64,000 nucleotides of DNA from an uncultured cyanobacterium (GCA_963749915.1 CAVVOP010000021.1:714107-778106); one strand, 5' to 3'. Shown: positions 38,855 to 50,060, counted from the first letter of the stretch. Numbers and translations are program-made. Notes: a model not told the origin generated them from the sequence alone.

Positions 38855-39604
38855 TTATCGACGAATTAATTCAAAAATTTTCACGAAATATTTTAATAAA
38901 ACTTTATAAATATTAGTTTCTATACCATTTTCTTTACAAGCTCTAACAATTTCTTTATTTAAAATCCAATTACTTTTAAAATTAGCAGTACTTGCCCCTC
39001 CTGTTCGCATTTTTACGAAAACTTGAGGTACATAATCATATGAAATTTTATATTTAGCCATAAAACGGGTCAAGAGTTCATAGTCAGCAGAAATTTTATA
39101 ATCTGTTTTAAAGTAGCCATATTTTTCGTAAATTTCCCGTCGGAGAAAACAACTAGGATGAGCTGGCATCCATCCCCAAGCAAATTTGTCGGCAGAGAAA
39201 TTAGCAGAACTATAATATCTAGTTATTTTTTCTAAATTATCAGGCTTAACATAAACTAGATCCCCAAACACTAAATTAACTTTTTTACTTTTAAAATGGG
39301 ATACTACATCTGAGATAATATGATCATTTGCATAAAAATCGTCAGAATTGAGAATCCCAATAATATCACCATTTGCCAACTGTATTCCTTTATTCATTGC
39401 ATCATAAATCCCTTTATCTGGTTCAGAAAGAAAATGAGAAATAGATGTTAAATAAGGTTTAATTTTTTCTATCGTACCATCAGTTGACTGACCATCAATA
39501 ACTATATATTCAATGTTAGGATAATCCTGACTTAAAACAGATTTTATTGCATCAACAATTGTAAGTTTATTGTTATAAACAACGGTTATGATAGAGACTT
39601 TCAT
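38855..39604 (-). CDS. GT2 glycosyltransferase (WcaE-like)
   Basis: KVSIITVVYN, IDGQSTDGT, GIYDAMNKG, LNSDD, ADYE. Confidence 0.93.
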   Translation of the reverse strand: MKVSIITVVYNNKLTIVDAIKSVLSQDYPNIEYIVIDGQSTDGTIEKIKPYLTSISHFLSEPDKGIYDAMNKGIQLANGDIIGILNSDDFYANDHIISDVVSHFKSKKVNLVFGDLVYVKPDNLEKITRYYSSANFSADKFAWGWMPAHPSCFLRREIYEKYGYFKTDYKISADYELLTRFMAKYKISYDYVPQVFVKMRTGGASTANFKSNWILNKEIVRACKENGIETNIYKVLLKYFVKIFELIRR

Positions 39605-39653
39605 CTATAATTTTGTGTAAAAGTTTATTTTTTTAATAGCTAAACTAGACTAA

Positions 39654-40380
39654 TTAAGGGGAAAAATTGTTTTTACTTTTTAACCAAGATACTAATTCTT
39701 TAACCCCTTGTTCAGTATTATATGGTAGTTTATCACAAACTTTTTCAGTTTCAGATAGATCGAAAACATATTCAGTTAAGATATTATTTAATCTGAATGA
39801 ATTAAATGGAACATCTTTGATCCCTAGTTTTTGAACAAAATCTCCCAATCTAGCTAATAGACTTACTAATGACTCAGGGTAAGTAGGAATACTTTTTACA
39901 TTTATTTCTTTCTGAATTAAATTTGTCCAGTCACGAAGAGAAATCGGTTCATAATCGGCTAAATAAAAAGTTTTTTTATTAATCAGTTCTGATGGTGCTT
40001 CCATTATTTTTAGATATTGATAAATTATATTTCCGATATAGCTATAGGATTTATACAAAGGTAAATTTCCCACATGAAAATAAAGCCCTTGATAAATCAT
40101 TTTTAGAAATCTTTGATAATGAGAACTCATTCCAGATCCCCATACGGTAGTCGGTCGAACAATAGCCCACTCTATTCCTCCACCATCATGTTCTCTCACA
40201 ATTTTTTCGGTCAAAACTTTACTTTTGCCATAAAGAGTGTTGGGGATATAGTCGTATTCGTCTTTGGGTACGTAGCCTACTCTACAAACAAGTTGGGAGG
40301 AGGTAAAAATACAGCGTTTAACGCTAGGACATTGCCGAATAACTTCGATCAAGTTTTCTACCCCTTAGACATTTCCAACA
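39654..40380 (-). pseudogene. NAD-dependent epimerase, 5'-truncated
   Basis: FTSS, YGKSK and VRPTTVWG present; GxxGxxG N-terminus missing. Confidence 0.8.
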
Positions 40381-40456
40381 ATTAAGAAAAAGGGATTGGA
40401 ATGCTTATTCTACCGTCCCAAAATTATAATTTATGGAGAGGTATATTAATTAATAT

Positions 40457-41320
40457 TTATACTAGAAATATTTCAGAAAATAAAACTAGGAACTCCGTGT
40501 TTTTAAACTTAATACTTAACTTACAAGCTCTCAATAAAACAAAACACATAAGAATAAACGTATCAAAATTCACTTTCGCTATTATCTTACTACTCTCACA
40601 ATATATCCTAAATCGATTGAGTAATTTTTCAAGATCTTGTTCTGTGGATGATAATTCATGAGTTAAGGTACAATTAACTACACAAAAAATATTACAAATT
40701 TTTCTATATCTGTCAATGAATTCAAAATCACTAAAATCTAGTTTTAATTTCTCATTATATCCACCTACTTGACCAAATATTTCAGTATTAATTAACAATC
40801 CACTATTGAGAACCGATTTCTGTTTAAATGTATGCTTTCCTACTTCTATCTGTTTAAAAGAAAAACCTCTGTTAAATAAGTACCGACAAGGAGAATATAT
40901 TGTTCGTGAATCAGAAGAAATTAGTATCGGTGCAAATAAGTTAATGTCAATATTGTCATTGACAGATTGATAATATTTTATTAAAGCATTATTTTCAAAT
41001 TTAGTATCTTGATCTAGTAATAATAACCACTTTTTGTCTAATTCTTTTGCTAATTTACATCCTTCATTATATGCTTTACTAACACCGGGATTTGTTTTGT
41101 CATGAACATAATGAATGTTACAATCATGGTGCTGAGTTTGATTTTTTGAAACTAATGATGAAGGGCTGTTATCATAAATAAAAACATCTATTTTAGTAGA
41201 ACTATCTTCACAAGACTCCATAAGAGATTTAAAAGAATCACAATCATCTAAATTTATTTTATAGATAACTAAAATAAATAAAATATTACTAAGAAAAGAT
41301 TGATAGTTTGTTGAATCCAT
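40457..41320 (-). CDS. GT2 glycosyltransferase (rhamnosyltransferase-like)
   Basis: YDNS, NPGVSKAYN, LLLDQDT, NSGLLI, DFSDFEF. Confidence 0.88.
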   Translation of the reverse strand: MDSTNYQSFLSNILFILVIYKINLDDCDSFKSLMESCEDSSTKIDVFIYDNSPSSLVSKNQTQHHDCNIHYVHDKTNPGVSKAYNEGCKLAKELDKKWLLLLDQDTKFENNALIKYYQSVNDNIDINLFAPILISSDSRTIYSPCRYLFNRGFSFKQIEVGKHTFKQKSVLNSGLLINTEIFGQVGGYNEKLKLDFSDFEFIDRYRKICNIFCVVNCTLTHELSSTEQDLEKLLNRFRIYCESSKIIAKVNFDTFILMCFVLLRACKLSIKFKNTEFLVLFSEIFLV

Positions 41321-42188
41321 ATTTTAAACCTTGATAAAAATAGTAAATTAAAGCGAGTATTTTCCAATGAGTTCCAAAATTTTGTTTGACAATCTCTAGG
41401 CATTCCTTAATAGCTAACTTAGAACTCACACCATTTGGCAAAGCATATCCAATCAATGAATCTGAAAAGAAAAAGTTTACTCCATTTTTGTATAATCTAG
41501 CGTTAAAATCATAATCAGCGTAAATTTTATAATGTATGTTAAATGGAACAATAATAGAAAGTGATTTATGAATCAGCAGTGCTTGATGATGTAGCGTATT
41601 TCCTAATTTAAGTCTCCAATCATCAGTGGAGTGAAAAAAATTATCATCTCCCATTTTTACCTTCCCAAAAATAGCCTTGTTAGAGGACAATTCATAAATT
41701 TTTGGTAAACTTAATATTAAATCTCCTGCACCGAGAAAAAAAATATGACTATTCTGATTTGCAATAGACCATCCCTTATTCATTGCGTCATAGATACCCT
41801 TATCAGGTTCACTTACCCAATAATCGATCTCATCACTATATTTTTTGATTATTTCTAAAGTTTTATCAGTGCTACCGCCATCGATAATGATATACTCTAC
41901 ATTGTCATAAGTTTGATTAAAGACACTGAGAACAGTTTCTTCTAAATGCTGTTCGCCATTATAAACAACTGTAATAACCGTTACCAAAGGTTTGTCAGGC
42001 AAAGATTTTTTAAAATAACCTTGTGTTCTTAATCCCCCTTCTCCTTTTCTGCCCTCGATTTCAGGTAAGAATAAAATTGTTTCAAATTTATCATCGGGGT
42101 GATTTTTGATAATCGGTTTTTCCGTGGTGAGATTACGGGTAGTACTGCATTTTTCGTTTAGGCACAGCATTGAGTTTAAAGAGTCCAC
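41289..42188 (-). CDS. GT2 glycosyltransferase
   Basis: EGGLRTQG, VTVITVVYNG, IDGGSTD, GIYDAMNKG, HHQA. Confidence 0.9.
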   Translation of the reverse strand: MDSLNSMLCLNEKCSTTRNLTTEKPIIKNHPDDKFETILFLPEIEGRKGEGGLRTQGYFKKSLPDKPLVTVITVVYNGEQHLEETVLSVFNQTYDNVEYIIIDGGSTDKTLEIIKKYSDEIDYWVSEPDKGIYDAMNKGWSIANQNSHIFFLGAGDLILSLPKIYELSSNKAIFGKVKMGDDNFFHSTDDWRLKLGNTLHHQALLIHKSLSIIVPFNIHYKIYADYDFNARLYKNGVNFFFSDSLIGYALPNGVSSKLAIKECLEIVKQNFGTHWKILALIYYFYQGLKYGFNKLSIFS

Positions 42189-42427
42189 AGGCGATTTCTT
42201 GAATATAAAAGGAGAAATTATACAAAAAGCAGTTTGATTTTAGCAGATTAGGCGATTATTTGACTGACCAAGAAAGCTTTCGCTACTTATGAGATCCTAG
42301 CCTGGATATTACTTTGGCTTACTTAAATGAGAACCAAATAAACATTGGAGAATAGGAAACATATAATTCATGTATGTTCTTTAAGACTACTTGACTTTCT
42401 TTAATTTCTCCAACTAACAGTAATAAT

Positions 42428-42793
42428 TCATCTCGTCTCATAGATAATCTTTCCCTTCATTAAAATAATTTTTTGAAAAGAAGAATGGATATTTTCCCAG
42501 CGAACTAAATCCAGAGAAAAACTGGTCATATCTTCCACCGTAGCCAACATTTCCATAAATTTCAAAGAATCTACTCCTTCAACGGCTAAATCAATGTCAG
42601 AAGCCTCGGAAAAATGCCTTGACTCCAATACGGATCCCCATTGAATAATCCTTTTAGGCTCATATTTATTAATGATCACGCCTATAATCTGACAAGTATC
42701 CTCTTGAGCTTTTTTCCATAAATCAAAACGTTGAGCTTTTAAAGTATCTTGTTTCTCTTGTAGATAAATTCTTGCGGATGAATAGTCAAACAC
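42428..42793 (-). CDS. Minimal nucleotidyltransferase (MNT) antitoxin; downstream partner gene truncated
   Basis: WGS...SDIDLAV motif; the overlapping downstream start MRRDELLLLVGEI breaks off. Confidence 0.85.
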   Translation of the reverse strand: MFDYSSARIYLQEKQDTLKAQRFDLWKKAQEDTCQIIGVIINKYEPKRIIQWGSVLESRHFSEASDIDLAVEGVDSLKFMEMLATVEDMTSFSLDLVRWENIHSSFQKIILMKGKIIYETR

Positions 42794-43000
42794 TTTTACA
42801 CCTCTTCATCAATATATTATTCCGTGTTGTATATAAACCAAAACGTTGGCGCAAATATTTGGCCAACTTTAAATGGGGATTACGAAGTGGCATGCACGCG
42901 TGAGCACACAGTATTACTTCGTTTTCGTAATATGTTAATATAGTTTAAGATTTCATTTAATTATTTCTGACTAGGATCTGGTATTTTTCATAAAAGGCTA

Positions 43001-43143
43001 CTAATTATTATTTTTGTCAAAATATAGGATAGCAAAATTTAGCATTTGTTCAGCTTTATTGATTATTTCACGAACTTCATCCGCGGAAAAACTAGGGTTA
43101 ATATCGTAATCTGCCTCATTTCTTTTTATTTGAGCGTCAATTA
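43001..43143 (-). pseudogene. HEPN domain C-terminal remnant
   Basis: IDAQIKRNEADYD...EVREIINKAEQML (RxxxxY motif). Confidence 0.65.
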
Positions 43144-43267
43144 GAAAACGATGATACTCGATCGGTATTTTTTTTGTCTTGGCAAATTCTTGACCAAAAT
43201 TAGAGATAACTGCTTTATGACTAGAAAAAGATAGATTTTTAGATAAGAGGAAGGCTTGAGCAATATA

Positions 43268-43417
43268 AAAGGCAAATTAGAGGGTGAATTAGCCACACAA
43301 ATCAAAATTGCTCTTAATTTGCTCAAAAGAGGGTTAACCACTAATGAGATAGTTGAGATAACTGGTTTATCTCTGGAGTTGGTTCAAGGTTTAACTCAAA
43401 ATAATCAAAATAATTAA
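43268..43417 (+). pseudogene. Rpn/PD-(D/E)XK transposase-like C-terminal remnant
   Basis: KGKLEGE...IALNLLKRGLTTNEIVEITGLSLELV. Confidence 0.6.
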
Positions 43418-43446
43418 TTTAAAAATAGCTAAAAAATCCCTAAACC

Positions 43447-43495
43447 AACACCTAACCCCTAACCCCTAACCCCTAACCCCTAACACCTAACACCT
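43447..43495. repeat. Heptamer tandem repeat (AAC[C/A]CCT)x7, STRR-type
   Basis: Directly visible in the sequence. Confidence 0.95.
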
Positions 43496-43552
43496 TTTAT
43501 TAAGTATTTATGCACTGGTGCGAGATCTGAGTATTAGTCTTGATTTGTGCAA

Positions 43553-44916
43553 TTAATTAAGTTTTTCAAGATGATTATAATTTAAACTTGATTGATTTTT
43601 CTTGACATTTTTTAAAACATATTTCGTGGACTCGATGAAAAATATGATGGTAAAGTAGGTGAAAAAACCAGTTACATTAGGCCTTTGGAGAAAATTCATC
43701 GCGACAATGAGCCAACACGAGATTAATAGTTTCTTCTTTGCACTATTTGCCGCCGTAAAAATTAGCAATGTCCAATAGAAAAAAGGTAAGAATAGAATTG
43801 TGAAACCTATTATTCCATGGGCTGCTAACGGTGAAAATAAATTTGCTCCCAAAATACTGATTATAGTATTTGCTATTAGTATCTTCTCGGTATAAAATGC
43901 CTTGTCCAATGACAGGAGAGTCTTGAAAGGCTTCCCAAGCCAGAACATATAGTTCGGATCTATTATCTCCTTCCACCATTTTTTCTGACGAAGTTGTGTC
44001 TATTTCAAATCTGCGGAGAGTCAGATCATATAGTTGAGAATTTAGAGGACTATCATATCTCGAAGTATTTATATAAAATCCTAAAGAAATAATGAGAATT
44101 GCACCTAAGATCAAATATTTTAGTTGTTTAAAATTGCCGTAAAAAAGAATGAAATAAACAATAATTGTTATATAAAATGCCAAGGATAAGGTAAATAATC
44201 CTCCGATTATAAGTATATATTCAATTTTTTTGGAAAAGTCATATATTTTATTGAGTAAAAGTGCAAAGGTAAGAAAGTACGCGAATGTCCCTGGTTCGTC
44301 AAAGAAGCCTGCCACCCTTATTACTATTCCTTGTCCCACAGGAAAAATAGCGTTGCTATATGTCCAGAAAAAATTATAAGCTGTTCTTCCATCAGTATTT
44401 TGATGAATTGAATATATTTCTGCTCTACCTATCAACCCCAGAAAAAAAGCAATCCCGCCCATAATAGCCATTATGACCATTACATAGAGAAAGCTTTTGG
44501 CCATCTTATGAATAGAATAATAATTATATACATAGAGATAAAGTAAAAGAGTCGCTATATACTGTATACTAAGTGATACATAACCTATTTGATGAAATTG
44601 GCTGTGAAAAAAAGAGAAAGGAAATACTATCAAGAAAGCTTGAGCAATAAGAATACCGATAATTATTCGGTCTGGAAGCACTATTTTACCTTTGATTATT
44701 AGTAGGCTAAAGGCTATGACAAGTCCTGTTGCTATGGTGATTTTATAAGGATGCCACGGTATTGCTACAAAAAACGTGAAATGGAGCGGTGGAAGTTAAA
44801 AGAGTCCAAATCAAAACTACGTTAAGAAAATCTTTCAGTGTTGATAGTACTTTAATTTCTCCAGAAGAAACATTTTTTCGCTTTTTTCGGTTACTTTGAA
44901 CATTCAAAATTCTCAT
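43553..44916 (-). pseudogene. Wzy/O-antigen polymerase-like membrane protein, frameshifted
   Basis: Multi-TM; RVAGFFDEPG motif, SPVIGQG; split over three frames (breaks near 44770 and 43850). Confidence 0.75.
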
Positions 44917-45463
44917 AGGGTCTAAATATAGTGCATAAATATTTTACTGCCTGATGCTTCGACTTGACATTCTCGCATCACAGTTTTTCTGATATTTTCT
45001 GATAATTTTTGTTGGCGACCTCTTCTTGCTAAAATAGTATTTATTAATTTTTCTTAACAAAAATTAACTGATTTTTTGGTCACCCACGGGGATTATGTTA
45101 AAAATTGTAAAGTGACGAAAAATGGAGAAAAGTAAAAACCATTATCCATTAAGGCTTTAAGGCTATTTTTAAAATCGAACTCAGGTGATCTCAGATTGAG
45201 GTTCATTCAAATTGTTGACAGAAATCATCCACATGACAAAATAAATAATCCAAATTAAACATAGTACTCTGACAACTTTGTTTTGAAGGATAAACAGAAG
45301 ATTAAAAACTCAAACAAAAAATCTTCTCTCCCAACTCCCACCGCCCTTCTCCCCTGCTACCACAACCCCTAATTTCAAAATTGTTCAAGCAATAGGGCAG
45401 CAGTGGTCTAGCAATTTTGAAATGAGGGATAGCAGGATTCTCCAAAATCTAAAATCCAAAAGC

Positions 45464-45562
45464 GGTCGGACCCCGCGCCGCCGAAAGGCGCAAGCGGTGG
45501 GGTGGAAGCCCGCGACGACGGAAGTCGCAAGGGAACGTCCACCAAGAGAGGGAATGCCGACC
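45464..45562 (+). other. GC-rich, highly structured element (ncRNA or MITE) flanked by ATC[C/T]AAA-type heptamers
   Basis: Closing stem GGTCGG/CCGACC; internal hairpins capped by GAAA and GGAA, plus GCAA motifs. Confidence 0.5.
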
Positions 45563-46129
45563 AAGAGATCCAAAATAATCCGTTCCCAGTCCCTCAAAAC
45601 TATCTTGACAGACCAGTAGTTAGTTTGATTGTTTGCTATATGCGATATATGCCAATCTTTCTGGTTGGTGCTCCAAGACGAATTTGAGGGTTGAAAGTAA
45701 TGTTTTCAAAACGAGTGACAATGTAATTATCAGAGGAAATTTCTGCTCGGAATTGGGAGCGGATTTTAGCAAGTCATTTAGCTTTTCGGGAAATAAATAT
45801 ATTGTTCCAGAGGATTGCAATCAGGCAATTTTAAGACTAACAAAGGATAAAAAGAAAAGTTGGGCAGATTGGCTCCGAGATTTTGAGCCAAATGCCAGTT
45901 GCAGAGTTGAAAATGAATAATTCTCCACCTAGGAATGAAAATTAAATAAGACCGGAAATTATGTAAGTTGAGGTTTAGCAGTATAATTGGATTTTGGGAA
46001 ATCTCAATTAAACACAATTTTCTCGATTTTCCGGTATTATTCTTAAACTCCTAATATTGAATTAATTTTTTCTAAACTTCCAAGTCGTGCTTATATATAC
46101 TTAAGATAAATTATATTCGTGAAAGTACG

Positions 46130-46220
46130 ATGGATCAGATAAGTTGTGTCATTCCCACTTTAAATAGTGCTGTCACCCTAGATATGACCTTGTATTCTTT
46201 GCGATCGCAAAAATCAGATC
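46130..46220 (+). pseudogene. GT2 N-terminal stub fused by deletion to the next gene
   Basis: MDQISCVIPTLNSAVTLDMTLYSLRSQ, then runs out of frame into the 46221 ATG. Confidence 0.65.
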
Positions 46221-47039
46221 ATGAAACAAAGTTTAAATAAAAAACAAACATTTTATAATATATACAATTCTCCTATTGAAAATAGTTCTTCAGTTTCTAT
46301 CATTACAGTTGTTTTTAATGGAGAAAAATATTTAGAAAATACTATTCAATCAGTAATCAATCAATCCTACCCAAATTTAGAGTACATCATTATTGACGGA
46401 GGTTCCACTGATAAAACTTTGGGAATCATAAAGCAGTATCAAGATCAAATTGATTATTGGATTAGTGAATCCGATTCTGGAATTTATGGTGCTATGAATA
46501 AAGGAATCTCTGTGGCTACAGGAGAGTGGATACTTTTTCTAGGCGCTGATGATTGGCTGCTGCACAATGGAATAATTGAGGAATTTATGAAGCATTCATC
46601 TAATTCAATATCATTAATTTATGGAAATATAGTTTATAGTAACGGGGTTCAATTTAAATCTAAACTAAATTCTTGGATATTATTGCAAAACTCTATGCAT
46701 CATCAATCTTGTTTTTATCATAGAAGTTTATTTGAAAATTTTAGATACGACTGTTATTATAAATTTTGTGCTGATTATGAAATCAATCTAATTGCATTTT
46801 TGAAAAAAATACCATCTATTTATATTGACATCCCCCTTTCTTTTTGTACTCTTGAAGGTTCTAGTACAACTTTTAAAAATAGGAAAATTGCCATTAAGGA
46901 ATTAAACTCCATTCGTAAAAAACATACAAAGTGGACAACGAACTTTTCAATGTCTTCGATCTTATTTTTTGTTTATATAGTAAGTATAGTTAAAAGAATA
47001 ATTATCAACTTAATAGCACGATTTAAAGATAAAAAATAG
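46221..47039 (+). CDS. GT2 glycosyltransferase
   Basis: VSIITVVFNG, IDGGSTD, GIYGAMNKG, FLGADD, HHQS. Confidence 0.92.
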   Translation: MKQSLNKKQTFYNIYNSPIENSSSVSIITVVFNGEKYLENTIQSVINQSYPNLEYIIIDGGSTDKTLGIIKQYQDQIDYWISESDSGIYGAMNKGISVATGEWILFLGADDWLLHNGIIEEFMKHSSNSISLIYGNIVYSNGVQFKSKLNSWILLQNSMHHQSCFYHRSLFENFRYDCYYKFCADYEINLIAFLKKIPSIYIDIPLSFCTLEGSSTTFKNRKIAIKELNSIRKKHTKWTTNFSMSSILFFVYIVSIVKRIIINLIARFKDKK

Positions 47040-47379
47040 ATTTTATTTACTTAAAATTATGGGAAAAAATAAGGCTCTTCTAGACTAACCATGACAAATT
47101 AATAAGAAAAATACCAGTTTCAGTAGATCGAAAAATCATTTTTAACCAAGCCATCACTAGCACTAGAGAAGACAATTAAATAACTGACAGTTATATTACA
47201 TTACTCTCAATGTTTAACAGTTTATTCTAAAGGAATATAAATAACTTTTACTACTTCAAAAATTCTTTCAACAGCTTGGTTCAAGAAAGAAAGCATTTGT
47301 TTTAAAGGAAAATTTAATAAGCTGAGTAATAAAATGGAGAAGAGAGTTAGATGACATTTTATTAAAAATATAGTTTGTG

Positions 47380-47433
47380 AAAAGATATTAAATATATTTA
47401 ATACTAAAAAGATATTTAATATATTTAATACTA
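47380..47433. repeat. 27-bp tandem repeat x2 containing the palindrome TATTAAATATATTTAATA
   Basis: Directly visible; one mismatch between copies. Confidence 0.8.
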
Positions 47434-47627
47434 TATGATAAATAATATAATGCTTGTCAAGTAAGGGTATAAAGATAAAGCATGATATAATTTTGAAGCC
47501 TAAATTTTAACATTTTATAATTTATTTATCATAACCACTCTAGAAGAGCCATTTTTTTTAGTCTAAACTACAATTCTAATAGAGCAATAAAAAAATTTAT
47601 TGAATTCTTTACGAGGAAACTATATTT

Positions 47628-48365
47628 ATGAAAAAATCTGTTTGTATGGCTGCTTATAATGGTTCTAAATATATTAAGACACAATTATTATCAATTCTTG
47701 TTCAGCTTGAAGAAAATGATGAAGTCATCATAGTAGATGATACATCGAAAGACAATACTATACAAGTAATTAATGAATTGAATGATCCCCGAATCAAGTT
47801 AATTCAAAATCAACAGAATCTAGGGGTTATTAAAACTTTTGAAAAAGCACTCGCTAAAGCTAGTCATGAAATAATTTTTTTGAGCGATCAAGATGATATC
47901 TGGCTTCCCAATAAAGTTAAAACCATTACTCAACTTTTTAAGCAAAAACAAGATATAACTTTAATTTTAAGCGATGCTCAACTAATCGATAATAATGGAG
48001 AAATTCATGAAAATTCATTTTCAGAAATTAGAGGAAAATTTATACCTGGGGCTATTCCAAATATTATCACAAATCAATATCTAGGATGTACCCTATCATT
48101 TAAACGAAAAATGCTACAATACTTTTTACCATTTCCTGAAGACATACCTATGCATGATATGTGGATTGGTATTCTAAATGATATTTATGGAAAAACTTTG
48201 TATCTTGAAGAAGCAATGATTCAATATAGACGACATGATGATAATGTTACTTCTGATCATCATGCTAGTATTCAACAAATGTTAAAGTGGAGATGTGCAT
48301 TAATTAAAAATCTAATAAAGCATATATTTAAGAATTTCGGCAAGTACAGGTTACCTAAAAGCTGA
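47628..48365 (+). CDS. GT2 glycosyltransferase (RgpB/rhamnosyltransferase-like)
   Basis: SVCMAAYNG, VDDTSKD, FLSDQDDIW, HDMWI, YRRH. Confidence 0.92.
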   Translation: MKKSVCMAAYNGSKYIKTQLLSILVQLEENDEVIIVDDTSKDNTIQVINELNDPRIKLIQNQQNLGVIKTFEKALAKASHEIIFLSDQDDIWLPNKVKTITQLFKQKQDITLILSDAQLIDNNGEIHENSFSEIRGKFIPGAIPNIITNQYLGCTLSFKRKMLQYFLPFPEDIPMHDMWIGILNDIYGKTLYLEEAMIQYRRHDDNVTSDHHASIQQMLKWRCALIKNLIKHIFKNFGKYRLPKS

Positions 48366-48576
48366 AACTAAATTATCACACTTCAGAGGAGATTGATGGC
48401 TACCAACTTAAGGCGGGACAAGAGAGAAGAGAAAAATAAGGGAGAGAGTGGGGTTAAGTTCTCGGTATTATTTGGAGAACTAAGCTCAAGATAGGCACAA
48501 GACTACTATAGAACCTCATTCTCTGAAACAGATTCTTTAATGGATATTTCTTTCTTTTAGCTTGGGGTTTGATTTA

Positions 48577-50042
48577 CAGGGCAAACGCACACAAAACTTA
48601 ACAATTGAGCAAAACAAAGAAATTGGTTGATGAGAGAAAATAAATAGTCAATGTAATTATTTTGACTAATTTATGAGTAACTCACCAATAGCATCTTTGT
48701 CAAAACATTTTGAAAATTTAACGGATCCTCGTGCCGAACATAGTATTGATCATCTTCTTATTGATATAGTAATAATCACTATTTGTGCGGTGATTTGTGG
48801 TGCCAATAATTGGGTAGAAATTGAAAATTATGGTCACGCCAAAAAAGAATGGTTAGAAACATTTTTAGAATTACCTCACGGAATTCCCTCTCACGATACA
48901 TTGATGAGACTCTTTGCACGTTTAAAACCAAACGAATTACAGCAATGTTTTCTGTCTTGGATTGAAGCAGTGACGAACATAACGAAAGGGCAAGTAATTG
49001 CCATTGATGGAAAAACCTTACGCAGTGCATTAGAAAGAGGTCAAAAGGGAGCAATACATATGGTGAGTGCATGGGCTACAAAAAATCGCTTGGTCTTAGG
49101 ACAAAGGAAAGTGAGCGCGAAATCGAACGAAATCACCGCCATTCCCGAACTACTGAAAATACTAACCATTGAGGGAAGTCTGGTCAGTATCGATGCTATG
49201 GGTTGTCAAAAAGAAATTGCTCAAACTATTATTGAGCAAGAAGGAGATTATGTTTTAGCCTTGAAAAAGAATCATCCCAATCTTTATCAAGATGTGGTGC
49301 AGTTATTTCAATTTGCCCATCAACAAGAGTGGAAAGGAATAGAACATCAATTTCATCAAACGATTAACAAGGATCATGGTCGCCTTGAGATTCGCCGACA
49401 TTGGACAATGGGTCAGACTGAATATTTGTATGGGGCAGAGCAATGGAAAGGGTTACAAAGTATTGGCATGGTAGAATCCGAACGTCGAGTTAAGGATAAA
49501 ATAACGGTGGAGCAGAGATACTATTTAATGAGTATTGAAAGTGATGCTCAACGTTTTGCACAAGCAGTTCGTAGCCACTGGGGCATTGAAAATCAACTTC
49601 ATTGGGTTCTGGACGTGGGTTTTCAAGAAGACAGCCTGAAAGGATGCCTTGGTTATAGTGCCGAGAATTTAGCGGTGGTTCGTCATCTGGCAGTTAATCT
49701 TCTAACCCATGAGACAACTGCAAAAGGAGGGATTCATGCCAAACGTCTGAAAGCGGGATGGAATAATAATTATCTCACTCTTGTCCTGAATTCTCTTTCT
49801 GATTCAACCTAAAGAAATCTGTTTTCAGTTTTCCATGCTCTACTACTCAACACCATAAATAATAGAGATTATTTTGAGGGGTTTTGAAGTGCTCCCTCGG
49901 GAGCACCTGCTTTGCATGCCCGCCAATCACTGAAGCGGCACTCTTGGAGCGATCGCTCCAAGAGCAAATTGCTATACTCTGGAAAATTCATTTCTGATCA
50001 TAAACTCAATCGAAATGTAAAGAAATGTGTGCGTTTGCCCTG
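48577..50042 (+). mobile_element. ISAs1 family insertion sequence
   Basis: Perfect 17-bp IRs CAGGGCAAACGCACACA / TGTGTGCGTTTGCCCTG; no TSD. Confidence 0.93.
48673..49812 (+). CDS. ISAs1 family transposase
   Basis: DPR, GIPSHDT, IAIDGKTLR, KSNEITAIP, IDAMGCQK, HGRLE, HWGIENQLHW. Confidence 0.97.
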   Translation: MSNSPIASLSKHFENLTDPRAEHSIDHLLIDIVIITICAVICGANNWVEIENYGHAKKEWLETFLELPHGIPSHDTLMRLFARLKPNELQQCFLSWIEAVTNITKGQVIAIDGKTLRSALERGQKGAIHMVSAWATKNRLVLGQRKVSAKSNEITAIPELLKILTIEGSLVSIDAMGCQKEIAQTIIEQEGDYVLALKKNHPNLYQDVVQLFQFAHQQEWKGIEHQFHQTINKDHGRLEIRRHWTMGQTEYLYGAEQWKGLQSIGMVESERRVKDKITVEQRYYLMSIESDAQRFAQAVRSHWGIENQLHWVLDVGFQEDSLKGCLGYSAENLAVVRHLAVNLLTHETTAKGGIHAKRLKAGWNNNYLTLVLNSLSDST

Positions 50043-50060
50043 AGGGAAAAGGAAAAAGGG

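Noticed and set aside
43447..43495. Telomere-like (CCCCTAA)n
   Set aside because: Short internal heptamer STRR in a bacterial context
45385..45687. Short ORFs over the GC-rich structured element
   Set aside because: No recognisable motifs; better explained as chance ORFs across a non-coding structured repeat
45620..46017. Possible additional gene remnant
   Set aside because: Coding-like but fragmented in all frames; family could not be assigned
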